DNA from: Actinomycetota bacterium
Lineage (GTDB): Bacteria > Actinomycetota > UBA4738 > HRBIN12
Reading direction: 5' to 3'
NCBI GenBank assembly: GCA_036265325.1
Contig: DATAPH010000088.1
Coordinates: 2,868 to 66,867, forward strand
DNA length: 64,000 nucleotides
The notes beneath the pieces are model-generated. The model did not search any database and had not been told where the DNA came from. It worked only from the letters and a program-made list of their open reading frames with translations. Both the position numbers and the translations under genes were made by a program. Positions within the stretch are counted from its first letter, which is position 1; every line of letters begins with the position of its first letter. Below are positions 28,329 through 37,571 of the stretch, piece after piece.

Positions 28329-29601
28329 CCGCGAGCCTGCCGTCACGCTCGGGGTCGAGCGCGCCCGGCATCACCGCGAAGACCAACGTCGCGATCGCTC
28401 CGAGCACACCCGCCGCGATCAACACGGCGTCGGCGCCGAACGCCTTCGCCAGCGGCCCGACGACGAGGAACGACACCGGCGTGCCGAGGATCGAGATCAT
28501 CCAGTCGAGCGACGACACGCGCCCGAGCAACTCGCCGGGCACGAGCCGCTGCATCGTCGTGAACCAGATCACGATCAGCACCGCGATCGACCCCTCGGCG
28601 ATGAACGACACCGCCATCGCCTGAGGGATGTTGCCGACGAGCCCGAAGAAGGCGGTCATCCCCATCCCGACCGCCCAGCTGGCGTACATCACCGTGAGCG
28701 CGCGTTTCGGCAGACCGCCACGCTGCGCCATGTACAGGGATGCGATCACGGAGCCGATGCCGCCGGCGCCGAACACGATCGCGAGCTGGAGCTCCGTCCC
28801 GTGGAGTTGATCAGCCACGACGAAGGGCACGAGCGTCTCCCACGGCCCCCATACGCAGAAGAGGCTCACCATGCCGCCGAGCATCCCCCATAGCAGCCAG
28901 CGGGTAGACAGGACGTAGGCGATGCCCTCCTTCACGTCGGTCCACATATGCGTTTCGGTTTCGTGTGCGAACCGGTCGCCGCGGACGCGCATCAACCAGA
29001 TGCAGACCGCCGACACCGCGAAGGTGAGCGCGTCGGCCAGGAAAGCCCACCCCGTCCCGGCGACGTGCACGACGATCGCGCCGATCGTGGGGCCGATCAC
29101 GAGCCACGCGAGCGGCCGAACGGTCGAGGCGATGGAGTTCGCCTCGACCAGGTGCTCCTCAGGCACGATCATCGGCACGATCGAGCTGAAGGCGGGTCCG
29201 AAGATCGCCTGACCCGCCCCGTACGGGAGCACCAGCGCGACGAGCAGCGGCGCCGTCAGGGCATCGAGCAAGATCAGCACGCCGATGGCCGAGATGGCGC
29301 ACAGCCGCAGCAGGTCGCCGATGATCATGAGGTGGCGGCGGTCCATCCGGTCCGACAGCGCGCCGGTCGCGAGCAACAACAGGACCTGCGGCGCCGACCA
29401 CGCGAACCCGACGAGCGCGAAGGTCGCGGGCGACGCGTGGAGGTCCTTATAGACGAACCACGCGACGGCGAAGACGTAGATCCCGTCACCGATCATCGAG
29501 ACGGTCTGGCCGATCCAGAGCAGCCGGAAGTCCCGGTGCTGCAACGGCCGGAGCACGCCGACACGCTGATAGAGCGGGAGCGACTCGGCCATGTCGTCCA
29601 C
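28288..29601 (-). CDS. MFS transporter (EntS/enterobactin-exporter-like family)
   Basis: 437 aa. RDFRLLWIGQTVSMIGDG is typical of this MFS subfamily. Confidence 0.75.
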   Translation of the reverse strand: MDDMAESLPLYQRVGVLRPLQHRDFRLLWIGQTVSMIGDGIYVFAVAWFVYKDLHASPATFALVGFAWSAPQVLLLLATGALSDRMDRRHLMIIGDLLRLCAISAIGVLILLDALTAPLLVALVLPYGAGQAIFGPAFSSIVPMIVPEEHLVEANSIASTVRPLAWLVIGPTIGAIVVHVAGTGWAFLADALTFAVSAVCIWLMRVRGDRFAHETETHMWTDVKEGIAYVLSTRWLLWGMLGGMVSLFCVWGPWETLVPFVVADQLHGTELQLAIVFGAGGIGSVIASLYMAQRGGLPKRALTVMYASWAVGMGMTAFFGLVGNIPQAMAVSFIAEGSIAVLIVIWFTTMQRLVPGELLGRVSSLDWMISILGTPVSFLVVGPLAKAFGADAVLIAAGVLGAIATLVFAVMPGALDPERDGRLAATADRSAEQAPPS

Positions 29602-29623
29602 CCTACCCCCGGTCGGACGGGAG

Positions 29624-29652
29624 GCTGTCGACAGCGGTCGCGCGCGCGACCG
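29624..29652. terminator. two abutting perfect palindromes (GCTGTCGACAGC and CGGTCGCGCGCGCGACCG)
   Basis: They lie between the end of the two-component operon and the MFS start. They could be an intrinsic terminator without a U-tract, an operator, or both. Confidence 0.3.
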
Positions 29653-29684
29653 TCGCCGAGCTGAGACTGCGTGGATCCGCCGGG

Positions 29685-30029
29685 TCAGTCGTCGCCGCGC
29701 TCGGGACCGCCGTCTTCGCCGGGCGGCTGCGGCGCCGACGTCGACCTACCAACGACGCCCGTCACCACGGAGGACGCATCGCCGGCCGGGGACGGCGCGG
29801 ACGTCGACGTTGCCTCGTCGGGGCTCGGGTCGGCCGCTTCGTGATGGTCCGGCGTATCCGGGCGCAGCGGCGGACCGGTGACGACGCGGACCGCGCTGGC
29901 CGGCTGGGTCAGGCTCGTTCCCGCGACGGCGAAGGCGCCGGCGATGAGCGCGACGGCGACCACGGCGCCGACGACACCCCACCCGACGACCCCGACGATC
30001 CGACGCATCGGCAGACCGTACGCGCGCAC
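29685..30029 (-). CDS. hypothetical membrane-anchored protein (Pro/Ser/Asp-rich C-terminus)
   Basis: 114-aa ORF immediately downstream of the histidine kinase on the same strand. It has one TM helix (VGVVGWGVVGAVVAVALIAGAFAVAG). Confidence 0.4.
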   Translation of the reverse strand: MRAYGLPMRRIVGVVGWGVVGAVVAVALIAGAFAVAGTSLTQPASAVRVVTGPPLRPDTPDHHEAADPSPDEATSTSAPSPAGDASSVVTGVVGRSTSAPQPPGEDGGPERGDD

Positions 30030-30032
30030 CGA

Positions 30033-31412
30033 TTAAGCCTTGGCTAAGGCGGACGGATAGCGCACCTCGACGAGGGTCCCGCCACCGTCTGCGGTATCGA
30101 TGGTGAGGGTGCCGCCGTCGCCCTCGGCGAGCTCGCGAACGATCGCGAGCCCGAGGCCGGAGCCGCCCGCCGGCGCGCCGGGCGCCCGGTAGAAGCGCTC
30201 CGTCGCCCGCGCCCGAACGTCCCCGGGCATCCCCAGGCCGTGATCGCGGACGGCGATCCATGCATGGCCGTTGCGCGTGCCCGTGGAAACCTCGACCGGA
30301 CCCGGCGCGTATGCCGCCGCGTTGTCGAGCACCGTGTCGATGAGTTGCGCGACGTCGTTCGCATGAACCATCGCCTCCGCGGGCTCGCCGGCAACGCGGA
30401 CGTCATCGGCCCGTCGCCGCTCGACCGCGTCGCGCGCAAGCACAGACAGATCGCAGCGCTCGGCCGCGCCGTGCTGATCGCCGGCCGCCATCGCGAGCAG
30501 GCGCGTCACGAGCACCGACAGCCGGTCGACCTCGGCTTCGGCGGCGACCAGCTCGGCGCGCACGGCGTCGTCGCGTTCGTCGGCGATCGCGCCCTCCAGG
30601 CGCAACTTCATGCCGGTGAGCGGCGTCCGCAGCTGGTGCGACGCGTTGGCGACGAATGCCTCCTGCGCTTCCGCGCTCTGTTGCACGCGATCGGCCATCG
30701 CGTCGAACGACGTCGCGAGCTGTGTCACCTCCGTCGGACCGTTCACCGCCCCGACGCGGACCGACAGATCGGGCGAACCGAATCGCTGAGCCGCGTCGGC
30801 GAGTCGCCGCAACGGCCGCGACAGTGACGAAGACATCGCGACGGCGAGGACGAGTCCGGCGAGCAACCCGCCGGCACCGATCGCGAGCACGCCGAACGTG
30901 ACCCGCCGCACGTTCTCGTTGACCGCCGCCATGGACTGCGTGATCCGCACCGCGCCGACCACCGTCGGCTGCGCGCCGGGACGTTCGTCCACGATCGGCA
31001 CCGCCGTCGCCATGATGTCGGTCCCGAGGTCCTGACTGAAGCGGATCACCGATGTCGGCGCGTCGGCCAGCGCCGCACCGATCTCCGGACGCCCCGAGGT
31101 TGCGTACGGCTGGCCGGTCGCCGGTCCGAGCGAGTCTGCGACCAGCGCGCCGGTGTGATCCACGACGATCACGCGGCCTGCAACCTGCGATGCCGCGTCG
31201 CGCACGATGCCACGCAGCGTCGACGCGCTGCCCGGGCGAAGATTCTCAGCGCCGACGTCTTGCGCGATCGTCGTCGCGCGGATGACGTTCTCGCGCTCGA
31301 ACTCGGCCCGCGCACGCCGGTCGAGCGTCAGCGCGAGCGGGATCATCAACGCGGCGATCGTGATGATCGAGACGTAGGCGAAGGCGATCACGAGCCGGCT
31401 GCGGACCGTCAT
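30033..31412 (-). CDS. sensor histidine kinase (HAMP-HisKA-HATPase_c)
   Basis: Two TM helices, a HAMP domain, the H-box ASHQLRTPLT, and the G-boxes GSGLGLAIV. Confidence 0.85.
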   Translation of the reverse strand: MTVRSRLVIAFAYVSIITIAALMIPLALTLDRRARAEFERENVIRATTIAQDVGAENLRPGSASTLRGIVRDAASQVAGRVIVVDHTGALVADSLGPATGQPYATSGRPEIGAALADAPTSVIRFSQDLGTDIMATAVPIVDERPGAQPTVVGAVRITQSMAAVNENVRRVTFGVLAIGAGGLLAGLVLAVAMSSSLSRPLRRLADAAQRFGSPDLSVRVGAVNGPTEVTQLATSFDAMADRVQQSAEAQEAFVANASHQLRTPLTGMKLRLEGAIADERDDAVRAELVAAEAEVDRLSVLVTRLLAMAAGDQHGAAERCDLSVLARDAVERRRADDVRVAGEPAEAMVHANDVAQLIDTVLDNAAAYAPGPVEVSTGTRNGHAWIAVRDHGLGMPGDVRARATERFYRAPGAPAGGSGLGLAIVRELAEGDGGTLTIDTADGGGTLVEVRYPSALAKA

Positions 31413-31421
31413 CGCGACCTC

Positions 31422-32114
31422 CTACCCCAGTGATCTCGGATCGGTGAACCGGAACCCGACGCCGCGGATCGTCGTGATGTAGCGCGGATGCGCGGGGTCG
31501 TCGTCGAGCTTCTTGCGGAGCCAGGCGATATGGACGTCGAGGGTCTTCGTCGAGCCGAACCAGTGCGGATCCCAGACCTCGTCCATTATGTCCTCGCGCC
31601 GAACGACCGTGCCCGCGCGCGACATCAGCAGCGCCAACAGATCGAATTCGCGCGCCGCGAGTGTCACCGGCGTGCCGCCCTTGGTGAGCGTGCGCGCATC
31701 GAGGTCGAGCCGGAGATCCGCGATCTCGAGGACGTGCCGGACCGACACCCGGCCCGTTCGGCGAAGGATCGCGCGGATCCGCGCGACCAGCTCGCCTGCC
31801 GAGAACGGCTTCACGATGTAGTCGTCCGCGCCGAGCTCCAGGCCGACGATGCGGTCGGCATCGGCGCCTCGTGCCGTCAACAGCAGGATCGGGACGTCCG
31901 ACGCCGTCCGAAGTTCACGGCACAGGTCGCGGCCGTCGCCGTCGGGAAGCATGACGTCGAGCACGATCGCGTCGGGCGGAACACCCTCGACGGCGTCTCG
32001 AGCGTCGGCGACCGTCCCGACCGCGGTCGCCTCGAACCCTTCACGCTCGAGATGGGCGACCAGCGGCTCGGCGATGCCGGGCTCGTCCTCCACGACGAGG
32101 ATGCGGGTTCCCAT
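31422..32114 (-). CDS. OmpR-family response regulator
   Basis: I trimmed it to the ATG at 32114 (MGTRILVVEDEPG). A receiver domain is followed by a winged-helix trans_reg_C domain (TIRGVGFRF). Confidence 0.85.
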   Translation of the reverse strand: MGTRILVVEDEPGIAEPLVAHLEREGFEATAVGTVADARDAVEGVPPDAIVLDVMLPDGDGRDLCRELRTASDVPILLLTARGADADRIVGLELGADDYIVKPFSAGELVARIRAILRRTGRVSVRHVLEIADLRLDLDARTLTKGGTPVTLAAREFDLLALLMSRAGTVVRREDIMDEVWDPHWFGSTKTLDVHIAWLRKKLDDDPAHPRYITTIRGVGFRFTDPRSLG

Positions 32115-32232
32115 GCAACCAGCGTCCGCGATGAACCTGGGAACTCCACCAGACGACGGTCCCGCGACGAGCAGGACCTTGGGCCCGGCTGGAATCAGCC
32201 GGAGCGACCAAACTTCTTGCGCGGCAGTATGT

Positions 32233-32278
32233 TGCGCGCCGGGAGGGAGTCGAACCCCCAACCTTCTGATCAGTAGTC
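32233..32278 (-). repeat. 46-bp partial copy (45/46 identical) of the 3' portion of tRNA-Arg, 34132..34177
   Basis: I compared the two directly. The repeat runs from the anticodon loop to the 3' acceptor end. The single mismatch falls in the anticodon third position. The copy has no 5' half, so it is not a functional tRNA. Confidence 0.7.
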
Positions 32279-32576
32279 ACGCGCGCTTGAACGCTAAGAC
32301 CAGTAGGCATCCACGCGCGAGGAGGGCGAGCGGGACGGGAATAGTTATCCGCTGTGGACACGACGAAACCTGGGGCTGAAATCCCTGGCACCGACCGCCC
32401 TCTCGCTTCCCTAAGCATCCAGGGACTACATCGCCCGCAGGGACGAGTCTTGCGTCTGTACCGCCTTCTCACGCCCGCTTACCTCCCGTCCGAGCGAGTG
32501 CCAGGATCGGGCAGGCAGCCTGCCAGGAGGTCAGAGTCCGCACGGCGCGAGGGTTTCCAGTACAACGTCTGCGAGG

Positions 32577-33974
32577 TTAGACGTCTAGCGCGTGCTGAGC
32601 CCGTTGGGTGGGCAAGAAGAGGGCCGCTCCGAGCCCGACGATCCCGATGATCGCGAGAACGATCATCGAGGCGGCGTAGGACCGGTTCGTGAGGCTGGAA
32701 ACGAGGATGGTGCCGGCGACCGCGGTGCCGAGCGACGAACCCAGGTTGGAGATGCAGCGCGATAGGCCGGAGATCTCGCCTTGTTGTTCTTCGGGGAACG
32801 CGGATTGCACGACGTTGACCGAAGGGGTCAGCATCACGCCGACGCCGAGGCCGATGAACAGGAGGCCGGGCGCGAACGCCCAGGCGCTCGGCGAGCCCCT
32901 CACGAGGGCAAGCAGGACGACGACCCCGGCGATCGTGGTGGTAAAACCGGCCAGGATGAGCGTCCGCTGCGCGTACTTCTTGGCGAGCCGTTCGGCCGCG
33001 AGTGACGACAGCAAGATCCCTCCGGTGGCGGCGGTGAAGATCACGCCCGTTTGTATGGCGTTGTAGCCCCTGACGACCTGCAGATACGCGGAGACGACGA
33101 AGGCGGTGCCCATCAGCAAGAGCCACTGCACATTTTGGGTGACGAGGCCGAAGTTCGACGTGTGGTTGCGGAACAGTCCAGTAGACAGCAAGGGCTCCTC
33201 GTGTCGGCGTTCGCGGGCCCGGATGTGGAGGAAGAACATGGCGAGGACGACGGCGCCGACCGCCACCAGGATCGCCATGAGCGCGAGGTCGTTGTCGGCG
33301 GCGAGGACCCCCGTCACGACCAGGATGAGGCCGGCGCCGGACAGGATCGCGCCGAGCGTATCGAAGGGCCGGGTCGGGTCCGGCTCGATCGGATCGACGA
33401 TGTCGCGGCTCAGCCAGAGGATCACGCCGACGATCAATGCTTGGAAGACGAACGCGGCGCGCCAACTGATGGCGGTGGTGATGAGCCCGCCGATCAACGG
33501 TCCGGCGGCGGCGCCGACGCCGCCCATCCCGGTGATGATCCCGAAGGCCCGGGCCCGCGACGTGACGTCTCTGAACAGCACCGTGGTAAGGATGTAGACG
33601 GGCGGTATCAGCAACGCGGTACCGACCCCTTCGAAGATCGAGTTGCCGAGGATCAGGACGCCGAGTCCGGGAGAGACCGCGCTCATGAGCGCGCCGATCC
33701 CGTAAACGAGCAGGCCGATGGTGAAGCAGCGCTTGCGGCCCCATCGGTCGGTGAGCTTGCCGCCGGGAATCATGAGCGCGGCCATCACCAGCAAGAACAG
33801 GGTGATCGCGATCTGGACGCCTTGCACGGTCGTATGGAGATCCGTGCTGATGTCGGTGATCATGACGTTCATGTTCGAGCCGGCGAAGCTGCAGATGAAC
33901 TGCGCAAGCGCGAGCGGAACGAGGATCTTCCGCAACGCACCCGAGGGCCGTCCGACGCTGACAGCTTCACCCAT
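32577..33974 (-). CDS. MFS transporter (DHA2-like drug:H+ antiporter family)
   Basis: 465 aa with 14 predicted hydrophobic segments and MFS motifs (LTDRWGRKR). It is the only gene between the tRNA-Arg and its duplicated 3' fragment. Confidence 0.8.
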   Translation of the reverse strand: MGEAVSVGRPSGALRKILVPLALAQFICSFAGSNMNVMITDISTDLHTTVQGVQIAITLFLLVMAALMIPGGKLTDRWGRKRCFTIGLLVYGIGALMSAVSPGLGVLILGNSIFEGVGTALLIPPVYILTTVLFRDVTSRARAFGIITGMGGVGAAAGPLIGGLITTAISWRAAFVFQALIVGVILWLSRDIVDPIEPDPTRPFDTLGAILSGAGLILVVTGVLAADNDLALMAILVAVGAVVLAMFFLHIRARERRHEEPLLSTGLFRNHTSNFGLVTQNVQWLLLMGTAFVVSAYLQVVRGYNAIQTGVIFTAATGGILLSSLAAERLAKKYAQRTLILAGFTTTIAGVVVLLALVRGSPSAWAFAPGLLFIGLGVGVMLTPSVNVVQSAFPEEQQGEISGLSRCISNLGSSLGTAVAGTILVSSLTNRSYAASMIVLAIIGIVGLGAALFLPTQRAQHALDV

Positions 33975-34132
33975 GCTTCCCCCTACCGATCCGCGGTCCC
34001 ATATCTACTAGCCGAGCGCTTGAGCGTCGAGTGAAGGATGCCTCGGATCTGAGCGCGACGCGATGAGCCTCGAAGCCCCGCCAGCTTCTCCGAGCGGTAG
34101 GACGCAATCCCGGTCATCGTTTCCGCTGGTAG

Positions 34133-34205
34133 CGCGCCGGGAGGGAGTCGAACCCCCAACCTTCTGATCCGTAGTCAGATGCTCTATCCATTGAGCTACC
34201 GGCGC
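34133..34205 (-). tRNA. tRNA-Arg (anticodon ACG)
   Basis: I folded it by hand. Acceptor GCGCCGG/CCGGCGC; D-arm GCUCAAUGGAUAGAGC; anticodon stem UCUGA/UCAGA with loop CUACGGA; T-arm GGGGGUUCGACUCCCUC; discriminator G. Confidence 0.85.
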
Positions 34206-34279
34206 GGGACGGTCATCGTACCGTGCGGCGGCGCGGTGGCGGTCCGGGCGGCCCACAACGTCTGCCAGGATGGTCGGCC

Positions 34280-35746
34280 ATGGCGACGGACGCGTCGGTC
34301 GAAACCGCGAGCCAAACGCTGCACCGCCTGACCTCGTACGTCGCGTATGACGCCGAGGATCCCGATCGCATCTGGGCGCCTCCGGTCGATGACCCTCGGG
34401 TGGTTGCCGATCTGGTGGTCAACGACACCGACAGGCTGCCGTGGTTCTACAAGCGGTACGACGAAGACCTCCCGAGGCTCGCCCTGCCGCGCGATCTTCC
34501 GACCACGACGGCGTCGACGGTCGCCGTCTTGGCGGGCACGACCGCGATAGGGTCCGGCACACTCGATCTTGCGCACCTCTCGCGACTGCTTCACCTATCT
34601 GCCGGCGTTGTCCGCACGATGGTGCGTCCGTACGCGACGTGGCTCTTCCGCGCCGCGGGCTCGGCGGGCGGACGCTTCCCGCTGGAGGTCTATGTCGCGG
34701 TGCCCAAGGGATACGACGTCCCGCAAGGCGTCCACTGGTATCACCCCGAAGCGCACGCGCTGGTCCAGATCGGCCCGCCACCGGACGCCGGCGCGCCGAC
34801 GGTCGTTGCGACCGGGGTTCCGTGGCGAACGGGGTGGCGGTATCGAGAGCGGGGATACCGACACGTCTACTGGGATGCGGGCACGATGCTGTCGCAGCTC
34901 CTCGCGGTGGCAACGTCGGCGGGGACCGAGCCGTCACTGTTCACGCGATATCCGGACGTAGCCGTCGCCTCGCTCGTCGGCGCGGACGGCACCCATGAAT
35001 GGCCGGTCGCGATCGTGACCCTTGGCGGCGAGACGCCTGCGATCGGCGCCACAGGTCCTGCCGCGGTCGGGAGTGTCGACGCGTCTCCCGTCGAGTTCCC
35101 GCTCGTGACCGCTGCGCAACGTGCGGGCGACCTCGACGCCGTCGGAGACCCCTGGCGACGGGCAAGCCCGGTTCAAACACCGATCACGGACGGACCCCCG
35201 ATCGACGACGTCATCATGTCGAAAGGATCGAGCAGACTTCTCGATCGAACGAAGAGCGTCCCCCACGACCTGTTCGAGACATCGATGCTCGCGGCGATGC
35301 GGGGGATCGACGTGTCGCACACCGTCGCCGTTCACGCCGTCGACGGCATGACGCCCGGCATCTATCGATGGCCCGCGACCGCGCCACGACGCGAAGGCGA
35401 CATGCGCGACGAGCTCTACCGATTGGCGGTCGAGCAAGAGCTCGCGCAAGCGGCGGCGTTCGTCACGATCGCCACCGCGAACATCGGCGCATTGGATGAC
35501 CGGAGCTATCGCGAGGCGCAGCTCTCCGCGGGCATCGTCGAAGGACGCCTCCACCTGCTCGCGTACGCCATGGGCGCGGCCGCGTCCGGCATGACCTTCG
35601 CGGACGACCTGCTCGAGGACGTGGTCGGTGAGCCCGCCGACGGCCTTCTGCTCACGTGCGTCGGTGTGCCCGAGTACCCGTCGGCGATCGGTGGACCGCC
35701 GGGGTCGCCCACCGAGGTACGAAGGGTCGAAGCGCGGACGTCGTGA
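34280..35746 (+). CDS. SagB-type dehydrogenase-like protein (tandem nitroreductase-superfamily domains)
   Basis: The ATG at 34280 follows AGGA. RPYATWLFRAAGSAGGRFPLEVYVAV matches the SagB/ThcOx signature (R-x-x-PSAGG-x-x-P-x-E-x-Y). Its length fits the two-domain SagB architecture. Confidence 0.6.
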   Translation: MATDASVETASQTLHRLTSYVAYDAEDPDRIWAPPVDDPRVVADLVVNDTDRLPWFYKRYDEDLPRLALPRDLPTTTASTVAVLAGTTAIGSGTLDLAHLSRLLHLSAGVVRTMVRPYATWLFRAAGSAGGRFPLEVYVAVPKGYDVPQGVHWYHPEAHALVQIGPPPDAGAPTVVATGVPWRTGWRYRERGYRHVYWDAGTMLSQLLAVATSAGTEPSLFTRYPDVAVASLVGADGTHEWPVAIVTLGGETPAIGATGPAAVGSVDASPVEFPLVTAAQRAGDLDAVGDPWRRASPVQTPITDGPPIDDVIMSKGSSRLLDRTKSVPHDLFETSMLAAMRGIDVSHTVAVHAVDGMTPGIYRWPATAPRREGDMRDELYRLAVEQELAQAAAFVTIATANIGALDDRSYREAQLSAGIVEGRLHLLAYAMGAAASGMTFADDLLEDVVGEPADGLLLTCVGVPEYPSAIGGPPGSPTEVRRVEARTS

Positions 35747-36534
35747 CCTCAGCGGACCACCTGATCGACGAAGCGGTCAACGCGGCCTTCCAGGGCTGGG
35801 ACTTCTCGTGGCTCACGGGTCGGAGCGACGATCCGAAGACGCCCTGGCGGTACGGTCAGCTCGTGGCCGAGGCGCTCACGAGGTCTACACGCGCCCTCGA
35901 TATCGATACGGGCGGCGGCGAGGCGCTCGCCGCACTGGCGCCGTTCGCCTGTTCAGTCATCGCGACGGAGGGGTACACACCGAACATCGCCGTGGCCCAC
36001 GCGAACCTACTACCCGTCGGTGTTCCGCTGATCGGCGTCGAGTCGGCGCCGGACAACATCGGCCAGGAACGGGCCACACCGAGCGACACCGCGAGTCATC
36101 TGCCCTTCCGCGACGGCGCTTTCGACCTCGTCGTGAACCGCCACTCCTCCTATTGGCCCAGCGAGGTAGCGCGCGTGCTCGGCGTCGGCGGGACGTACCT
36201 GACGCAGCAGCGCAGCGGAGGAGACGACGAGCTACTTCGGACGTTCGGGCGCGCGACCCACCGAGGCGCTGATTTCGATCTCGCGTTCGCCGTCAGGCAG
36301 CTCCGAGACGTCGGCTTCGACATCGTCCGCGCCGAAGAGTCCGATGGCACCGTTCGATTCTTCGACGTCGGCGCGGTCGTGTACTACCTGCGAGCGATCC
36401 CGTGGATCGTGCCCAACTTCGACGTCGAGGCCGACCGCGAGACGCTCCTTCGCATCCACGACACCATCAAGGCCGACGGATGGTTCGGCGTCGCGAGCTA
36501 CCGCTTCCTGATCGAGGCGCGGACGATGCGGTGA
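35743..36534 (+). CDS. class I SAM-dependent methyltransferase
   Basis: The GTG at 35743 overlaps the SagB-like TGA (GTGA). A Rossmann-like block, LDIDTGGGEALAALAP, is present. Confidence 0.65.
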   Translation: MTSADHLIDEAVNAAFQGWDFSWLTGRSDDPKTPWRYGQLVAEALTRSTRALDIDTGGGEALAALAPFACSVIATEGYTPNIAVAHANLLPVGVPLIGVESAPDNIGQERATPSDTASHLPFRDGAFDLVVNRHSSYWPSEVARVLGVGGTYLTQQRSGGDDELLRTFGRATHRGADFDLAFAVRQLRDVGFDIVRAEESDGTVRFFDVGAVVYYLRAIPWIVPNFDVEADRETLLRIHDTIKADGWFGVASYRFLIEARTMR

Positions 36535-36554
36535 CCCGGTCGTAGGGTGCATGC

Positions 36555-37022
36555 ATGACCACCAAACTGCAGCCGGGCGACGCCGCGCCGTCCTTCGCTC
36601 TCATCGATCAGCACGGCACGACGGTCAAGCTCGACGACTACCGAGGCCGCAAGCTTCTCGTCTACTTCTACCCCGAGGCCGACACGCCCGGATGCACGAA
36701 ACAATCGTGCGATCTGCGCGACCACCGGCAGGAGTTCACGAAACTCGGCGTCGACGTCGTCGGCATCTCGCCCGACGAGCCGGACAAGCAACTCGCCTTC
36801 GACGAGAAGTACAGACTCGGATTCCCGCTGCTAGCGGACACCGACCACGAGGTCGCCACCGCATGGGGCACGTGGGGCGAGAAGACCAACTACGGCAAGA
36901 CCTACATGGGCATCACGCGCTCGTCGTTCCTCGTCGATGAAAACGGGAACATCGAGCAGGCGTGGTACCGCGTCAAGCCCGAGAACACGGTTCCGAAGGC
37001 GCAGCAAGCGCTGGCGGCCTAG
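36555..37022 (+). CDS. bcp: thiol peroxidase / peroxiredoxin Bcp
   Basis: 155 aa with the peroxidatic Cys motif YPEADTPGCTKQSCD. Confidence 0.85.
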   Translation: MTTKLQPGDAAPSFALIDQHGTTVKLDDYRGRKLLVYFYPEADTPGCTKQSCDLRDHRQEFTKLGVDVVGISPDEPDKQLAFDEKYRLGFPLLADTDHEVATAWGTWGEKTNYGKTYMGITRSSFLVDENGNIEQAWYRVKPENTVPKAQQALAA

Positions 37023-37055
37023 ACCTGCGCCGCTACGAGAACTCGTTGAACAGCT

Positions 37056-37074
37056 GCCTTCGCGCAGCGAAGGC
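37056..37074 (+). terminator. hairpin GCCTTCGC-GCA-GCGAAGGC downstream of bcp
   Basis: Perfect 8-bp stem 34 nt after the bcp stop. There is no clear U-tract. Confidence 0.3.
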
Positions 37075-37164
37075 GCTGCAACGTGCGCGACGCAAGACCG
37101 CCATCAGACCGCAACCCGGGAAGGGTTCCGTCGGCCGTGTGTCGCCGTCTACGCTCGCGACGCG

Positions 37165-37560
37165 ATGCGAGGGGCGTTCTTTCAAGCGCGATTCGAGCCA
37201 CCTTCCACCGCAAACGCGCTCAAGCCGTATCGCGGAACGCGCGAGCTCGAGGGACACGCGCGCGAAGATGCGGCACATCTCGCCGCGATCCTGGGACTGA
37301 TCTCGGTCATGGCATTGGCGGCGTCGTTCATCTGGGCGCACCACTGGGGACCCCTCGCGTACACCATCGTCGGGATTTGGGGCATCACGACCGCGGCCAC
37401 GCTCGTGCTCGCCTTGCTGGCTCGCCGCCCCGGCACACCGGCGCGCTGGCTGACCATCGTGGCGCTGGCGTGCGTCTCGGTGTCCGTGCTCGCCGTCGTG
37501 TTCACCGGTGCGGCGTTCGCAGCCGGCTACGACCCGACGGGACTCTGCGGCGGCGGCTAG
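37165..37560 (+). CDS. hypothetical membrane protein
   Basis: I trimmed it to the ATG at 37165 (MRGAFFQARF...), so that it does not overlap bcp. It has three hydrophobic helices. Confidence 0.4.
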   Translation: MRGAFFQARFEPPSTANALKPYRGTRELEGHAREDAAHLAAILGLISVMALAASFIWAHHWGPLAYTIVGIWGITTAATLVLALLARRPGTPARWLTIVALACVSVSVLAVVFTGAAFAAGYDPTGLCGGG

Positions 37561-37571
37561 GGTGGGATCCG

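Noticed and set aside
26931-28346. 471-aa minus-strand ORF antisense to the MFS transporter at 26946..28328.
   Set aside because: It has an Arg/Asp/His-rich junk composition and sits opposite a gene with clear MFS topology.
32283-32576. Possible tmRNA or other structured RNA between the MFS stop and the tRNA-Arg 3' fragment, considered because the fragment resembles a tRNA-like 3' end.
   Set aside because: The minus-strand read has no 5' GGGG acceptor partner complementary to CCGGCGC, no recognisable tag reading frame and no RNase P or tmRNA conserved boxes. It fits the 3' UTR or spacer of the islet better. A 6-bp GC hairpin is present but unremarkable.
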